A stretch of 64,000 bases of DNA from Candidatus Micrarchaeota archaeon (GCA_021850705.1 JAJZKU010000003.1:1987-65986), one strand, 5' to 3'. Shown: positions 1 to 9,761, counted from the stretch's first letter. Program-made: numbers and translations. Notes: generated from the sequence alone by a model not told the origin.

Positions 1-146
1 CCAATAATCTAGTGCAACCACAAAATTTACTGATGAAACTCATATTCATGGAATCTTAGCGTAGTTCCAGATGGATTCGCCATCTCCCTAAGGTAGCGAA
101 CTGAAGATAACTTTAAATATTCTGCACTATATCTATCCTTGGTTAA

Positions 147-1346
147 ATGGACGAGATTGGGAATGACAATCAGGGAAATTATCAGCAGCCTGCGGCTTCA
201 TCAATGCCTCAGCAGAGCCAGGCTCCTATTCATCATCATAAGCTGGCATTCATATTTGGCATAATAGTTGTAGTTGTGGCAATTGCTGTAATAAGTGCAA
301 TACTGTCATTATCAAGTAATGTATCTTCAGGATCACAAGGCATAAGCGCAGCTCCAACAACTACGGCAGCACAGGTATCCCCAAGGACAATGCTGATAAA
401 TGACCTTGCAGCGGCAAAATCAGTAAACAATGCAAAGGTCTCATATCTTCTAAGCTTGCCTACTCTTTCAGAGACGAACATAACTCTGGATACCTATACG
501 CTGGGAAATAATGTCAAGTCTATAATCTCACTTACAGTGCTTGGTAATCAGGTAACAGTTGCAAACTATAATGAAAACGGCATAAGTGTCACATGCACAG
601 AATCCGCACTGGCTCCTCTATCCTGCTTGCTATCAAACGCTACATCCACAAGCTTCAACGCAAGTTCCTACACTTCTGTAAACCAGGCAGTAATCAACTC
701 TCCAAACGTGAAAATATCATACATTGGAGGACGTAACGTGTCAGGCAGGGCATGCAATGAATTCCAATTAACAGGCAGTCTGAGTGCATTATCATCTGCT
801 TCCACATCTACAGCATCTCAGAACGGTACCTTCTCAACTTATCTATGTGTAGACAACCAGACTGGCATACCTTTGAGCATGAACATCTCCACTACTAGCT
901 ATTCAACGCTTCTCGGGAAGAACCAGAATGCACTAGTGCTATCATTAACTGCAACAAATATCTCTACAGGTAGTGTGACTAATGCAGATATGGCGATTCC
1001 TGTAAAAGTCCTTATAAAAGGATATAACAGTCCAGGAAGTTTCATAAGCTACGTAAACTGCACATCATCAAAAGTATCATTCAATGTAATACCGACTGTA
1101 AATCTCAACAGTATCGATGTAAACGGAACAACATTTGGATACGTTACGCAACAAAACGGTACATATGCTCCTGAGAATACGGTAATATTCAGTGCAAATG
1201 AGACAGGCAACTATAAGGCATTCTCGCAGTATCCTATGTCATTTGCTATAAACAACGCATCGCAGATAAGCTCCATTAACATATGTGCAGACGGTACGTG
1301 CGATAATCACCTGTTCTGTTACGTAAACGGATCAACAATAACATGA
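147..1346 (+). CDS. Membrane-anchored S/T/N-rich surface protein, possible LolA/LppX-like fold
   Basis: Short cytoplasmic N-terminus, one TM helix (LAFIFGIIVVVVAIAVISAIL), many NxS/T sequons, paired Cys; motif NVSGRACNEF...CVDNQTGIPL. Confidence 0.7.
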   Translation: MDEIGNDNQGNYQQPAASSMPQQSQAPIHHHKLAFIFGIIVVVVAIAVISAILSLSSNVSSGSQGISAAPTTTAAQVSPRTMLINDLAAAKSVNNAKVSYLLSLPTLSETNITLDTYTLGNNVKSIISLTVLGNQVTVANYNENGISVTCTESALAPLSCLLSNATSTSFNASSYTSVNQAVINSPNVKISYIGGRNVSGRACNEFQLTGSLSALSSASTSTASQNGTFSTYLCVDNQTGIPLSMNISTTSYSTLLGKNQNALVLSLTATNISTGSVTNADMAIPVKVLIKGYNSPGSFISYVNCTSSKVSFNVIPTVNLNSIDVNGTTFGYVTQQNGTYAPENTVIFSANETGNYKAFSQYPMSFAINNASQISSINICADGTCDNHLFCYVNGSTIT

Positions 1347-1506
1347 TCCTATAAATCTGCTGAGAGCGAATATGGATATGCGACTGTAAAAAGAGGCAAA
1401 CCGCATACCTTGGCACTGCGATATCAGAGATAACTTTATTAATATTATCATTTAATTCATATTGCTTATTTTCCCGCAATACTGCAGTTTTGCAGGAGGG
1501 ATCAAC

Positions 1507-2136
1507 ATGGCAGAAGATTTGGAGAAACTCACTAAGTTCATTGAGGAGAATAAAGGAAAGAGGAAGTTCAAGCAGACTGTAGAGCTTGCCATAAACTTCA
1601 AAGGAATAGACTTCTCAAAGCAGGACAACAAGATTAACCTAGAGGTCACGCTGCCTCATGGGAAAGGAAAGTCAATGAAGATAGCTGTATTCGCTAATGA
1701 CAATAACGTTGCCAATGAGGCAAAGCAGAATAACATGGAAGTAATAAACGGCAGCGAGATAGAGACTATAGCAAAGGATCCGAAGAGGCTAACTGGCCTT
1801 CTTGAGTACGAGCTTATAGCACAGCCTCAGCTCATGCCTACAATAGCAAAGAGCCTGGGACAGTTCCTCGGACCAAGAAACAAGATGCCAAAGCCGCTTA
1901 TAGGCTCGACGCTGAAGACGATGTCAAACGATCTTACAAAGAGGATTACGCTTAAGACGAAGGGAAAGAACATTCCGACGGTGCACTGCGTGGTAGGCAC
2001 TGAGGATATGAATGTCAATGAGATATATGACAACATAAAGGAGATAGTGAACAGCATAAACAGGAAACTGGGAGGCAACCACATAAAGTCCCTATACGTG
2101 AAGTTTACCATGAGCGAACCGCTGAGGTTCATATAA
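1507..2136 (+). CDS. rpl1: 50S ribosomal protein uL1
   Basis: RKFKQTVELAINFKGID, LGQFLGPRNKMPKP, HCVVGTEDM; ATG at 1507 after GGAGG. Confidence 0.97.
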   Translation: MAEDLEKLTKFIEENKGKRKFKQTVELAINFKGIDFSKQDNKINLEVTLPHGKGKSMKIAVFANDNNVANEAKQNNMEVINGSEIETIAKDPKRLTGLLEYELIAQPQLMPTIAKSLGQFLGPRNKMPKPLIGSTLKTMSNDLTKRITLKTKGKNIPTVHCVVGTEDMNVNEIYDNIKEIVNSINRKLGGNHIKSLYVKFTMSEPLRFI

Positions 2137-2145
2137 GGTGTTAAT

Positions 2146-3018
2146 ATGATGCTAAAAGCCCAAAAGGTTGAATTTGTCGAGAAGCTCAAGAAAGAGATAA
2201 AGACATACAAGACCGTAGGCATACTCCCTATACAGGAGGTTCCGGACAGGCTGACCCAGAAGGCAAAGAACCTGCTCAAGCCAGACACGAAGATAATCGT
2301 GGCAAGGAAGAGGCTGATAATGAAGGTTCTGGAGTCAGACCCTCAGCTGAAGAGGCTGGGAGAGCACACGGACTCAAACTTCGCACTTATAATGTCTAAC
2401 AGGAGCCCAGAGGAGCTGAACGAGATAATAAGCTCAAACAGGATAAAGCTCAGCGCAAAGCCGAACCAGGTCTCACCGGATGACATAAGCATAGAAGCAG
2501 GAGAGACGACAATAGCTCCGGGTCAGGCCGTTACGGATCTTAAGACTGCAGGCATAGACGTACAGATACAAAAAGGAAAGGTGGTGATATCAAAGTCAAA
2601 GGTGCTCGTAAAGAAGGGCACGAAGATAAGCGTGCCTATATCAAAAGCGCTCAAGATGCTCGACATAATGCCATTCGAGGCAGGAACGCAGGTGCGTGCC
2701 CTAATAAGCGAAGGCATACTTTACCATGGTCTTGCACTAAAAGTCAATGCTGAATTCCTGAGGAACGAGATATCGAGAAGCTTTGCACAGGCATGTGCGA
2801 TAGCATCAACCGCAGGAATAATAACAGAATACAATATAAAGGAGAGCATCTCAAAGGCATACATATCCGCTCTGGGCCTAGGCCTTGATGCCAAGGTGTA
2901 TGAGCCTGAGATAGCGGAAAGGCTTCTGGCGCAGGCTGTAAGGGAAGCAATGTCGGTAAATGCGCTGCCAAAGGCAGCTCCTGAAGCAGCTGCTTCAGAG
3001 ACTGAGAAGAAAGAGTGA
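2146..3018 (+). CDS. rpl10: 50S ribosomal protein uL10 (P0)
   Basis: AKPNQVSPDDISIEAGETTIAPG, LKMLDIMP; lies between uL1 and P1. Confidence 0.96.
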   Translation: MMLKAQKVEFVEKLKKEIKTYKTVGILPIQEVPDRLTQKAKNLLKPDTKIIVARKRLIMKVLESDPQLKRLGEHTDSNFALIMSNRSPEELNEIISSNRIKLSAKPNQVSPDDISIEAGETTIAPGQAVTDLKTAGIDVQIQKGKVVISKSKVLVKKGTKISVPISKALKMLDIMPFEAGTQVRALISEGILYHGLALKVNAEFLRNEISRSFAQACAIASTAGIITEYNIKESISKAYISALGLGLDAKVYEPEIAERLLAQAVREAMSVNALPKAAPEAAASETEKKE

Positions 3019-3044
3019 TACTAACTAGATAAAGGTGTAAAAGA

Positions 3045-3344
3045 ATGGAATACATATACGCTGCGTTATTGCTTGATGCGGCAGGAAAGGAGATAGACGA
3101 AAAGAGCCTAGAAGAGGTAGTGAAGGCAGCAGGACTCAGCCCTGACGAAGCCATGGCAAAGTCAGTCGCAAAGTCGCTGAAGGGAGTGAACATAAAGGAT
3201 GTTATAAAGAACGCACAGAGCGTTCAGGCAGCAGCCCCAGCAGCTGCGGCAGCTCCGGCAGCGGCAAAGAAGGAGGAGAAACCTGCAGAAGAGCACATGA
3301 GCGAAGAGCAGGCAGCAGGAGGACTCGCAAGTCTGTTTGGCTGA
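3045..3344 (+). CDS. rpl12: 50S ribosomal stalk protein P1 (aL12)
   Basis: MEYIYAALLL start, Ala-rich hinge, C-terminal GLASLFG. Confidence 0.97.
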   Translation: MEYIYAALLLDAAGKEIDEKSLEEVVKAAGLSPDEAMAKSVAKSLKGVNIKDVIKNAQSVQAAAPAAAAAPAAAKKEEKPAEEHMSEEQAAGGLASLFG

Positions 3345-3446
3345 TTGCAGTTCAATCTGCTATCAGACAATATACCTGCGGAACTCTTGTAAGCGCATAC
3401 ACTATTTAAGTGTTTTCAGCGAATGTCTAACTATCGGTGTGTCTAA

Positions 3447-3803
3447 ATGCAAGTATACGTAGAAAAACCAAAATGTACCGGATGCCACCACTGCTTTGAC
3501 GTGTGCCCGGTTGCAGTATTTGAGATGAAAGACAGGAAAAGCCCTGACGTTAATAGCGATGTTGCACCTGCGGAGGAGCAGTGGAAGGGCGAGACGCTCC
3601 CTGACATAAAGGCAAAATGGGAGAATGTACAGGACGGCCACAAGCACTTCGCTCAGGCGAGCGATGGCACGAGCGGAGGAATATCCGTCGCAGTGCAGGG
3701 TCCTTCATGCATTCTATGCCAGGCATGCCTGGTAGAGTGCGAAGGCGAGTGCATAGTCATAACCGACGACACAAACAACGTCTACAGGTCCATATACAAG
3801 TAA
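3447..3803 (+). CDS. Dicluster 4Fe-4S ferredoxin with long internal insertion
   Basis: CTGCHHCFDVCP and CILCQACLVEC motifs; GGTG SD upstream. Confidence 0.88.
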   Translation: MQVYVEKPKCTGCHHCFDVCPVAVFEMKDRKSPDVNSDVAPAEEQWKGETLPDIKAKWENVQDGHKHFAQASDGTSGGISVAVQGPSCILCQACLVECEGECIVITDDTNNVYRSIYK

Positions 3804-3845
3804 GCATTCAAGGAATCCCGGAAGCTGCTCTGAATAAACTCAGGG

Positions 3846-4766
3846 CTACTTCCCTGGCTTCCTTTCCATTCTTTTCCTTCCTTTTATTCTTTTCAGTTCT
3901 GTATCTTTCCATTTTCTCCCACTTTTATTCTTATTCTTCTTCCCAATCCTTATATCAAGTACTATCTCAGAAGTATCCTTCGAATAAGGCCTTACTACCC
4001 TCTTTCCAACAACTCTTGCAGTAAAGCCCATGCTCTTTGCAAGCTCTCTTGCCATCCTTCCACTCTCCGAGAAAGGATCGGCAGAATTACCGAACGAGTA
4101 ATAATGTATTATACACCCATTCCTTGCTGCAATAATTGCACTCTTAAGGAACTTATCCGCACTCATAGGCAAGGGCATCACTATACGGTCTGCCCAATCT
4201 GCCATGCCCTCGACAATGCTCTTCGCATCTCCAAGAATCGGTTCAACATTTGCCGTCTTGTTGATTCGTATATTCTCGAGCATGTACTTGTATGAGTCCC
4301 TGTTCAGCTCCACTGCAACTATCTCAGAGTTCCTGTTCCTCTTTGCAATCTCTATCGCAAAAGGCCCTATTCCTGCGAACATTACCACGACATGCTCATT
4401 ATCCCTTGACAGCTCTGTTATCCTCTTCCTCTCAAAGGATAATCTCGAAGAGAAGAAGGTCTTCCTTATGTCAAACCTGAAGGTGCAGCCATTCTCCTTG
4501 TAATCGGCTATGAAGTTCCTCTCCCCTGCAACAAATTCAAACTCCCTTTTCCTGTATCTGCCCTTCACCGCCCCTGCTTTGCTAACAACCGTCTTAACAT
4601 TCTTATTGATCTTCATCACGGCGTCAGCTATTACCCTTCCTCTCTTTCCCCGTTCTCCGATAACAGCTATGCTTCCGAGGACATCATATCCTCTGACAGA
4701 GGAATCGTATTCATCTTTCAGGCCCTTCCTGAGCAGCTCCCTATAATCAGATTGTACCTTATCCAT
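3846..4766 (-). CDS. Class I SAM-dependent tRNA modification enzyme, Trm5/Taw2 (Met-10+) family
   Basis: YDVLGSIAVI, KENGCTFRFD..FFSSRLSFER, VMFAGIGPFAI, DRIVMPLP. Confidence 0.9.
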   Translation of the reverse strand: MDKVQSDYRELLRKGLKDEYDSSVRGYDVLGSIAVIGERGKRGRVIADAVMKINKNVKTVVSKAGAVKGRYRKREFEFVAGERNFIADYKENGCTFRFDIRKTFFSSRLSFERKRITELSRDNEHVVVMFAGIGPFAIEIAKRNRNSEIVAVELNRDSYKYMLENIRINKTANVEPILGDAKSIVEGMADWADRIVMPLPMSADKFLKSAIIAARNGCIIHYYSFGNSADPFSESGRMARELAKSMGFTARVVGKRVVRPYSKDTSEIVLDIRIGKKNKNKSGRKWKDTELKRIKGRKRMERKPGK

Positions 4767-4795
4767 GGGACGCACGCTTCAGTTCTGGAAGAGAA

Positions 4796-6049
4796 TCACT
4801 GCTTTATTATTACCTTGTCTGAAAGGTCTATTATCTTGTCAACGCTGTATGTGATCGGACTTCCTAACCCTGTATTTATTATCATCCTGCCTCTCTTAAG
4901 ATCCACTCCGGCTATCTTGCCTATCATCGCTCCTAGATCATTAACGACTATCTTGCCCTTGAGGTTCTTCTTCCTTATCATGCGCCTTCTCATCACTCTT
5001 GATGCGCCCGATACTGCCACTCCTATAAATATGGCCAATATTATATAGTCGACAAGCTGGCTGAAGTATATCTGGCCCATGAACCATTCAGTAAATGAGT
5101 AAAGCAGGGTCCACAGTATTATTGCAGAGCCTATGAATATCGCATACTTGAAGGTGCGGAAGTAGTATCTTGCATCCCTTACGTCTATGAATCTGCCTAT
5201 CAGATAGAGAATCAGTATTATCGGTAACACTACAAGGAAGCCCTCTACCATATAAGCTATAGACACTGCCTGGTTTCCCGTTATCATCAATTTTGTCGTG
5301 TAGTTGTTTGCAGCTATGAATACTCCTGTAATTGCAAACAGTATTGCACTCATATAGAAGACAAAGGACATGCGGTCTATACTGAAACCTAAACCCTTGA
5401 ATGAATTTATCAGTGCTTCCTCGAGCCCGAAGCCCTTTGCCAGCAGGTATATCCCTATCAGTGCAACTGGAAGTATCCATCCCGTGCCCAGGAAGTAACT
5501 GACTGCAAACAGTATCAGAATCAGCGCCGGCAGACCAAAAACAGTCCTTGCAAAGTGCGGCTCCTTCAGTTTCTCCATTATCGCATAGTATGTATTCTCA
5601 GCCCCTTCAGCCTGCTTTATGATAACCTGCTGGACGCTGCTTATCTTCACCCTTGACTGTATTATAGGAAGAACCCGCTCGTCGCTAGGCCCGTCAGTTA
5701 CAAGTATACATTCATCGCTCTTGTACTTGTTCAGCACGAGCTCCAGCTGTCTTGCCACCTCCTTATCCGCTTCATAGCCTTCCTTCTCTGAGCCTGTTAC
5801 TGTAGCTACCTCTACCGAATAACCTTCATCCTTCATCTTGTCATACAGATGCACAGCATAGAACATTGTGTTTGAATCAGAGTCCTCAGGGTCTGCAAGT
5901 GCGAGCTGCGAAGCCCCGTTAAGATTCTGCACCCTTCCCATCAGCGGCCCGCTTATTCCCGTCTTCCTGTAAAGATCGTTGTCTATATCTATCGCTAATA
6001 TCAGTATGTTAGAGTCCTTGCTCTTTATTCTAGGCTTAGTAAGTGGCAT
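4796..6049 (-). CDS. DUF373-family membrane protein with C-terminal PRC-barrel-like domain
   Basis: LILAIDIDNDL, LALADPEDSDSNTMF, VTDGPSDE; about 6 TM helices; C-terminal LKGKIVVNDLGAMIGKI. Confidence 0.8.
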   Translation of the reverse strand: MPLTKPRIKSKDSNILILAIDIDNDLYRKTGISGPLMGRVQNLNGASQLALADPEDSDSNTMFYAVHLYDKMKDEGYSVEVATVTGSEKEGYEADKEVARQLELVLNKYKSDECILVTDGPSDERVLPIIQSRVKISSVQQVIIKQAEGAENTYYAIMEKLKEPHFARTVFGLPALILILFAVSYFLGTGWILPVALIGIYLLAKGFGLEEALINSFKGLGFSIDRMSFVFYMSAILFAITGVFIAANNYTTKLMITGNQAVSIAYMVEGFLVVLPIILILYLIGRFIDVRDARYYFRTFKYAIFIGSAIILWTLLYSFTEWFMGQIYFSQLVDYIILAIFIGVAVSGASRVMRRRMIRKKNLKGKIVVNDLGAMIGKIAGVDLKRGRMIINTGLGSPITYSVDKIIDLSDKVIIKQ

Positions 6050-6095
6050 CGTTCTCAATTAAATAAGCCGAAGAAGATTTAAAATCCCTTTACTA

Positions 6096-7664
6096 TCAGT
6101 CAGGCTTTGAGACCATGAAGGTCTTTGGGTCATATTTGGCATTGTCGTTGACTATCTGCATTACCTTGTCCCTGTTCTTGTAATAATTTGCGATGACAGA
6201 ACCCGATTCGTTCACAGAGAGTACGTCGTTAGCAAGCATCCAGTTGAGTACTTTTGACTTCTCCCCAATGTCCTCTATTACCTCATTCTTCGTATATCCG
6301 CTATACAGGGATATAGTGTCAACCAGTCTTGTCAGTTCGGATACCTGCACAAAGGAATCTCCTCTCAGATTCCATCTGTAAATGACATTAGCCTCTCCAT
6401 TCTTTTCTATCTCTCCAAACTCAAAGAGCCTTCTTATTCCCAGCCTTCTGTGCCTGAAGAGAGCTATTATGCCCCCTATGGCGTTAAGCATTATCTTGGG
6501 TATCTCTATTGGCGGATTGGTCATTCTTATTATCGCATCCTCTGCGTTATCCGCGTGAAGCGTTCCATACACGGAGTGTCCGGTATGCACTGCCTCGAAG
6601 AGAGTCTCAGCATCCTTCTTGGTTCTTATCTCTCCCACAATTACTATATCGGGACGCTGCCTCAACGCGTTTATCATAAGGTTGTAAAGTACTATCTCTC
6701 CTTTACCTTCGGGGTTTGCCTGCCTCGTAAGCATGGGCACCCACTGCACAAAATCAGGTATTGTGAGCTCCTTGGTCTCTTCGATAGTTATCACTCTCCT
6801 GTTTGCAGGTACGAATATCGACATGGCATTGAGGAAGCTTGTCTTTCCGCTTGCGGTTCCGCCGCTGACTATCAGACTTATCTCATTCTGCACGCAGAGC
6901 CATATGAGTGATGCAATCTCGGGGGATATCTCCTTGCTCTTTATGAGAAGCGGCATCGTCCAGGGGTTCTTGGAGAACTTTCTTATTGTTATCGTATTTC
7001 CTTTCTGTGATATCGGGAACAAGGTGGCATTTACTCTTGAACCGTCAGGAAGCTCTGCATCCATGAGCGGGGCTATGTTGTTTATCTGCCTTCCAACCAG
7101 TCTTCCTATATGCTCCGAGATGTCGTATATGGTTGCCTCGTCGAATATCCTGACGTTTGATTTGCACCAGCCGAACTTCTTGTGGAATATCCATATCGGC
7201 TCTTTCGCAGTGTTCACTGTAATCTCTTCAAGATGGTCGTCAGCGATGAATACCTCAAGGTCGCCCATTCCAAGCATCATATTCTTTATGTAAGAGATAA
7301 GTGCATCCTTTATCGATTCTTCAGTGCCTGGAAGATACTTGTTTATTATAAGATTGGCGGCTTCTATGTACTTTTCCCTCATCTTTTCCATATACTCTGT
7401 ATTTGTGACCTTTGAAGTGTCTATAGGCACAAGCGAAAGCAACTCTGGCTTTATCGACATAAGAAGTATCCTTGTTGCATCTCCTATACCTGGCATGTTG
7501 ACTTCGTATATGGGTACGAACTCTCCCTTGTCTATTATGTTTATGTTTGCAGTCATTCCCTGTACATTAAGCGTATACGATTCGTAAATCCCATTTGCAT
7601 CGGGCTGAGGCCCCACCCTCTTGCTTATGTCCTCCTGATCCTCTTTCTTATCAACCAACAACAC
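6096..7664 (-). CDS. Secretion traffic ATPase, VirB11/TadA/FlaI family
   Basis: DAELPDGSRVNA, ITIRKF, Walker A GGTASGKT, Asp box TIEETKEL, ALRQRPD..VGEIR, His box TGH..GTLHAD. Confidence 0.93.
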   Translation of the reverse strand: MLLVDKKEDQEDISKRVGPQPDANGIYESYTLNVQGMTANINIIDKGEFVPIYEVNMPGIGDATRILLMSIKPELLSLVPIDTSKVTNTEYMEKMREKYIEAANLIINKYLPGTEESIKDALISYIKNMMLGMGDLEVFIADDHLEEITVNTAKEPIWIFHKKFGWCKSNVRIFDEATIYDISEHIGRLVGRQINNIAPLMDAELPDGSRVNATLFPISQKGNTITIRKFSKNPWTMPLLIKSKEISPEIASLIWLCVQNEISLIVSGGTASGKTSFLNAMSIFVPANRRVITIEETKELTIPDFVQWVPMLTRQANPEGKGEIVLYNLMINALRQRPDIVIVGEIRTKKDAETLFEAVHTGHSVYGTLHADNAEDAIIRMTNPPIEIPKIMLNAIGGIIALFRHRRLGIRRLFEFGEIEKNGEANVIYRWNLRGDSFVQVSELTRLVDTISLYSGYTKNEVIEDIGEKSKVLNWMLANDVLSVNESGSVIANYYKNRDKVMQIVNDNAKYDPKTFMVSKPD

Positions 7665-7666
7665 AC

Positions 7667-8869
7667 CTACTTGCCAAGCTCCTCTACCTTCTTGGTAAGC
7701 TCTTCGGAATGTGCGGTCATGGTAGCCATGAGTTCCTTGGCTTTTCTTGCTCTGGCTTCGAACTTCAGCATCGCTTCATCCCTCTTTGCATCAGACATCT
7801 TCGATGATAATGCCCTTATGCCATCAAGTATGCTGCCCAGCTCCTTATTCAGGGCACTCTGTTCCTCTTTTATGGTGTCAAGGTCTGCCTGTACCTCTCC
7901 TACGCTGCTTGCAAGAGTCGCTCCCTTACCGACCTTGACCTTTATATCGGCTATATTCTTCTTTATGAAGCTGAAATCCGCTTCTGACGCCTTGGTTATC
8001 GCATCCATCTCATTCCTGTATCTTGTTATCTCATCGACAAAACGCTCTGCCCTTTTTGCAGCGCGCTGTCCGCTCAATCTTGAGTCCTTGTAATACTTCG
8101 AGCTTTGCTCCTGGACGCTCTGTATCTGCTGCGCCTGCAGCTTTGCAAGCTCCGAAAGCTCCTCTATCTTCAGCAGTATCTTGTCAGATTGTGCTTTCGA
8201 GAGCTTCCTGTACTCCTCTATGCTCTTCTCGTTTGCCTTGTTGAATGCGTTCAGTCCTTCCCTGAATATGCTTATCTCATTCCTTATATCCTGTATCATG
8301 GCGTTTGCTCCTGAGCTGTCGAGGCTGAACTTGTTGACGCTCTCAGAGTATTTGTTAATATCCGCAAGGCTTGCGTCTATAACTGCCTGGAGCTTTTCCA
8401 GCTCCGTCCTTCTTGCATCTATCCTTTTGTATGCCTTCTCCACTCTTCTCTCTATGTCGGAGATGCGCTTTATCGAATCATACATCTGCTTGTTCTTCGT
8501 CTTGAAGAGCTCCTCTATGCCCTTCATGGATTTTGAGTATTCGTCTATCTGCCTTGTAACTCTGTTTAATACCGCATCCTGCGCAGATACGTCTGCAACA
8601 AGGTCTGCCTTCTTTACCTCGTCAACTCTCTTCTGCGCTTCTACCACATCGGCGCTCTTGGAAGTGCTGTCTGCAGGAGTTACATACATCTTTCCAAGCT
8701 TATACGTTATCTTTACTATATTGGCCTTTTCAAGGATCTTGACAAGATCCGTCATCGTGTCCTCTCCTATTCCCAGGTTTGCCGAGAGAAGGGAAACCTC
8801 TGTCTCCCCATTCTTCTTAATATATGCGACAAGTCGGTCAACGCTAGTCTCTATAGATTTATCAGCCAC
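7667..8869 (-). CDS. N-terminal winged-helix plus long coiled-coil protein
   Basis: ETSVDRLVAYIKKNGE...LVKILEKANIVKITY followed by >300 aa of heptad-like charged helix; 2 nt upstream of the ATPase gene. Confidence 0.75.
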   Translation of the reverse strand: MADKSIETSVDRLVAYIKKNGETEVSLLSANLGIGEDTMTDLVKILEKANIVKITYKLGKMYVTPADSTSKSADVVEAQKRVDEVKKADLVADVSAQDAVLNRVTRQIDEYSKSMKGIEELFKTKNKQMYDSIKRISDIERRVEKAYKRIDARRTELEKLQAVIDASLADINKYSESVNKFSLDSSGANAMIQDIRNEISIFREGLNAFNKANEKSIEEYRKLSKAQSDKILLKIEELSELAKLQAQQIQSVQEQSSKYYKDSRLSGQRAAKRAERFVDEITRYRNEMDAITKASEADFSFIKKNIADIKVKVGKGATLASSVGEVQADLDTIKEEQSALNKELGSILDGIRALSSKMSDAKRDEAMLKFEARARKAKELMATMTAHSEELTKKVEELGK

Positions 8870-9097
8870 TGATTACGCCCGATATGGTATGTTTGATTAT
8901 GTTTATAAAATTAACCGTAAGAAAAGTGAAATTGATATTTATCTTATAGCAAGCCGGCATTTCCTTTAATCTGAACTCAAGGATAAGTCATACGGACAAT
9001 TCCAAGCAAGCCTGAACAAGGTCAAAATCTCCAATGTATGCTAGATAAATAATCTGCCCCTGCACACGTTCTGTTTTAAATCCTTGTACCGTTCAAT

Positions 9098-9114
9098 AGA
9101 AAGCTATTTAAAGG
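9098..9114 (+). promoter_or_regulatory. BRE/TATA promoter of the pilin gene
   Basis: AGAAAG followed by CTATTTAAAG, about 32-40 nt upstream of ATG 9145. Confidence 0.55.
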
Positions 9115-9144
9115 TGGACATTAATTATCATCTATAGTGGTTTA

Positions 9145-9615
9145 ATGAATTGGACTACAATAAGGACAGCTTTGGTAAAAGCAATGACGATGAATAAGAT
9201 GCTGCTTATCGCAGCTATGTTTGCAGGAATGGTACTTGCATCTGCCCAATATACTTTAGGCACTGGTGGTCTAGGTAGTCTAGGTGGATCTAGCCCAAAC
9301 ACACAGGGAATCAATACCTCACTCTGTCATGTTATTCAAGGGGTGCAACAGGTAGTTGCAGTAGTGTCAATACTGCTCTTCGTACTGGGAGGTCTTATGT
9401 ATGCAATAGCGCATATGATGCCTGCAGCTGGACAGCTCAGAGGAAACCTGCAGGGTTGGTCTATGGGAATGATAGTAGGAGGAATAGTAGGTCTGATACT
9501 TGTACTCCTGGCTCCAGGACTGGTAGGCTTCATAGTTGCTAACGGACAAGCTGCAGGAGGAGCAGTAACATCAGCAACATGCAGCAGCTTTGGCATTAAC
9601 CTTGGTGCTTTATGA
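9145..9615 (+). CDS. VirB2/TrbC-like (CedA1/TedC-like) pilin
   Basis: Signal peptide ending ASA, amphipathic helix, then two hydrophobic helices separated by a short loop with Arg (LFVLGGLMYAIAHMMPAAGQLRGNLQGWSMGMIVGGIVGLILVLLAP); no class III prepilin motif. Confidence 0.75.
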   Translation: MNWTTIRTALVKAMTMNKMLLIAAMFAGMVLASAQYTLGTGGLGSLGGSSPNTQGINTSLCHVIQGVQQVVAVVSILLFVLGGLMYAIAHMMPAAGQLRGNLQGWSMGMIVGGIVGLILVLLAPGLVGFIVANGQAAGGAVTSATCSSFGINLGAL

Positions 9616-9633
9616 ATCATATGATATAAGAGC

Positions 9634-9670
9634 AGATGGGGCTTTTCCCCATCTCTTTTTCTTTTTTATT
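9634..9670 (+). terminator. Hairpin plus oligo-T terminator after pilin gene
   Basis: AGATGGGG-ctttt-CCCCATCT 8-bp stem followed by CTTTTTCTTTTTTATT. Confidence 0.75.
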
Positions 9671-9761
9671 TATATCTAAACATACTGGTTCTTGCAAAAT
9701 AAGCATATGCTTTATAAATAAGTCCTTTGAATCTTAATATTGCGGTGTTTATCTGGGAAGT

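Noticed and set aside
30-104. CTGATGA...CTGA and AGATGG/CCATCT hairpin suggesting a C/D-box sRNA, hammerhead or fluoride riboswitch
   Set aside because: No internal C'/D' boxes, no GAAA plus stem geometry for a hammerhead, and motif order is wrong for a fluoride riboswitch; context is truncated by the window edge
8181-8969. Long antisense ORFs (e.g. 8181..8969, 15701..16318, 34739..35374, 36293..37108)
   Set aside because: Shadows of well-supported genes on the opposite strand, with S/F/L-biased translations and no motifs
6096-9615. Archaellum or type IV pilus operon
   Set aside because: No FlaJ/TadC, FlaH or class III signal peptide pilins nearby; the pilin has a VirB2-like two-helix layout
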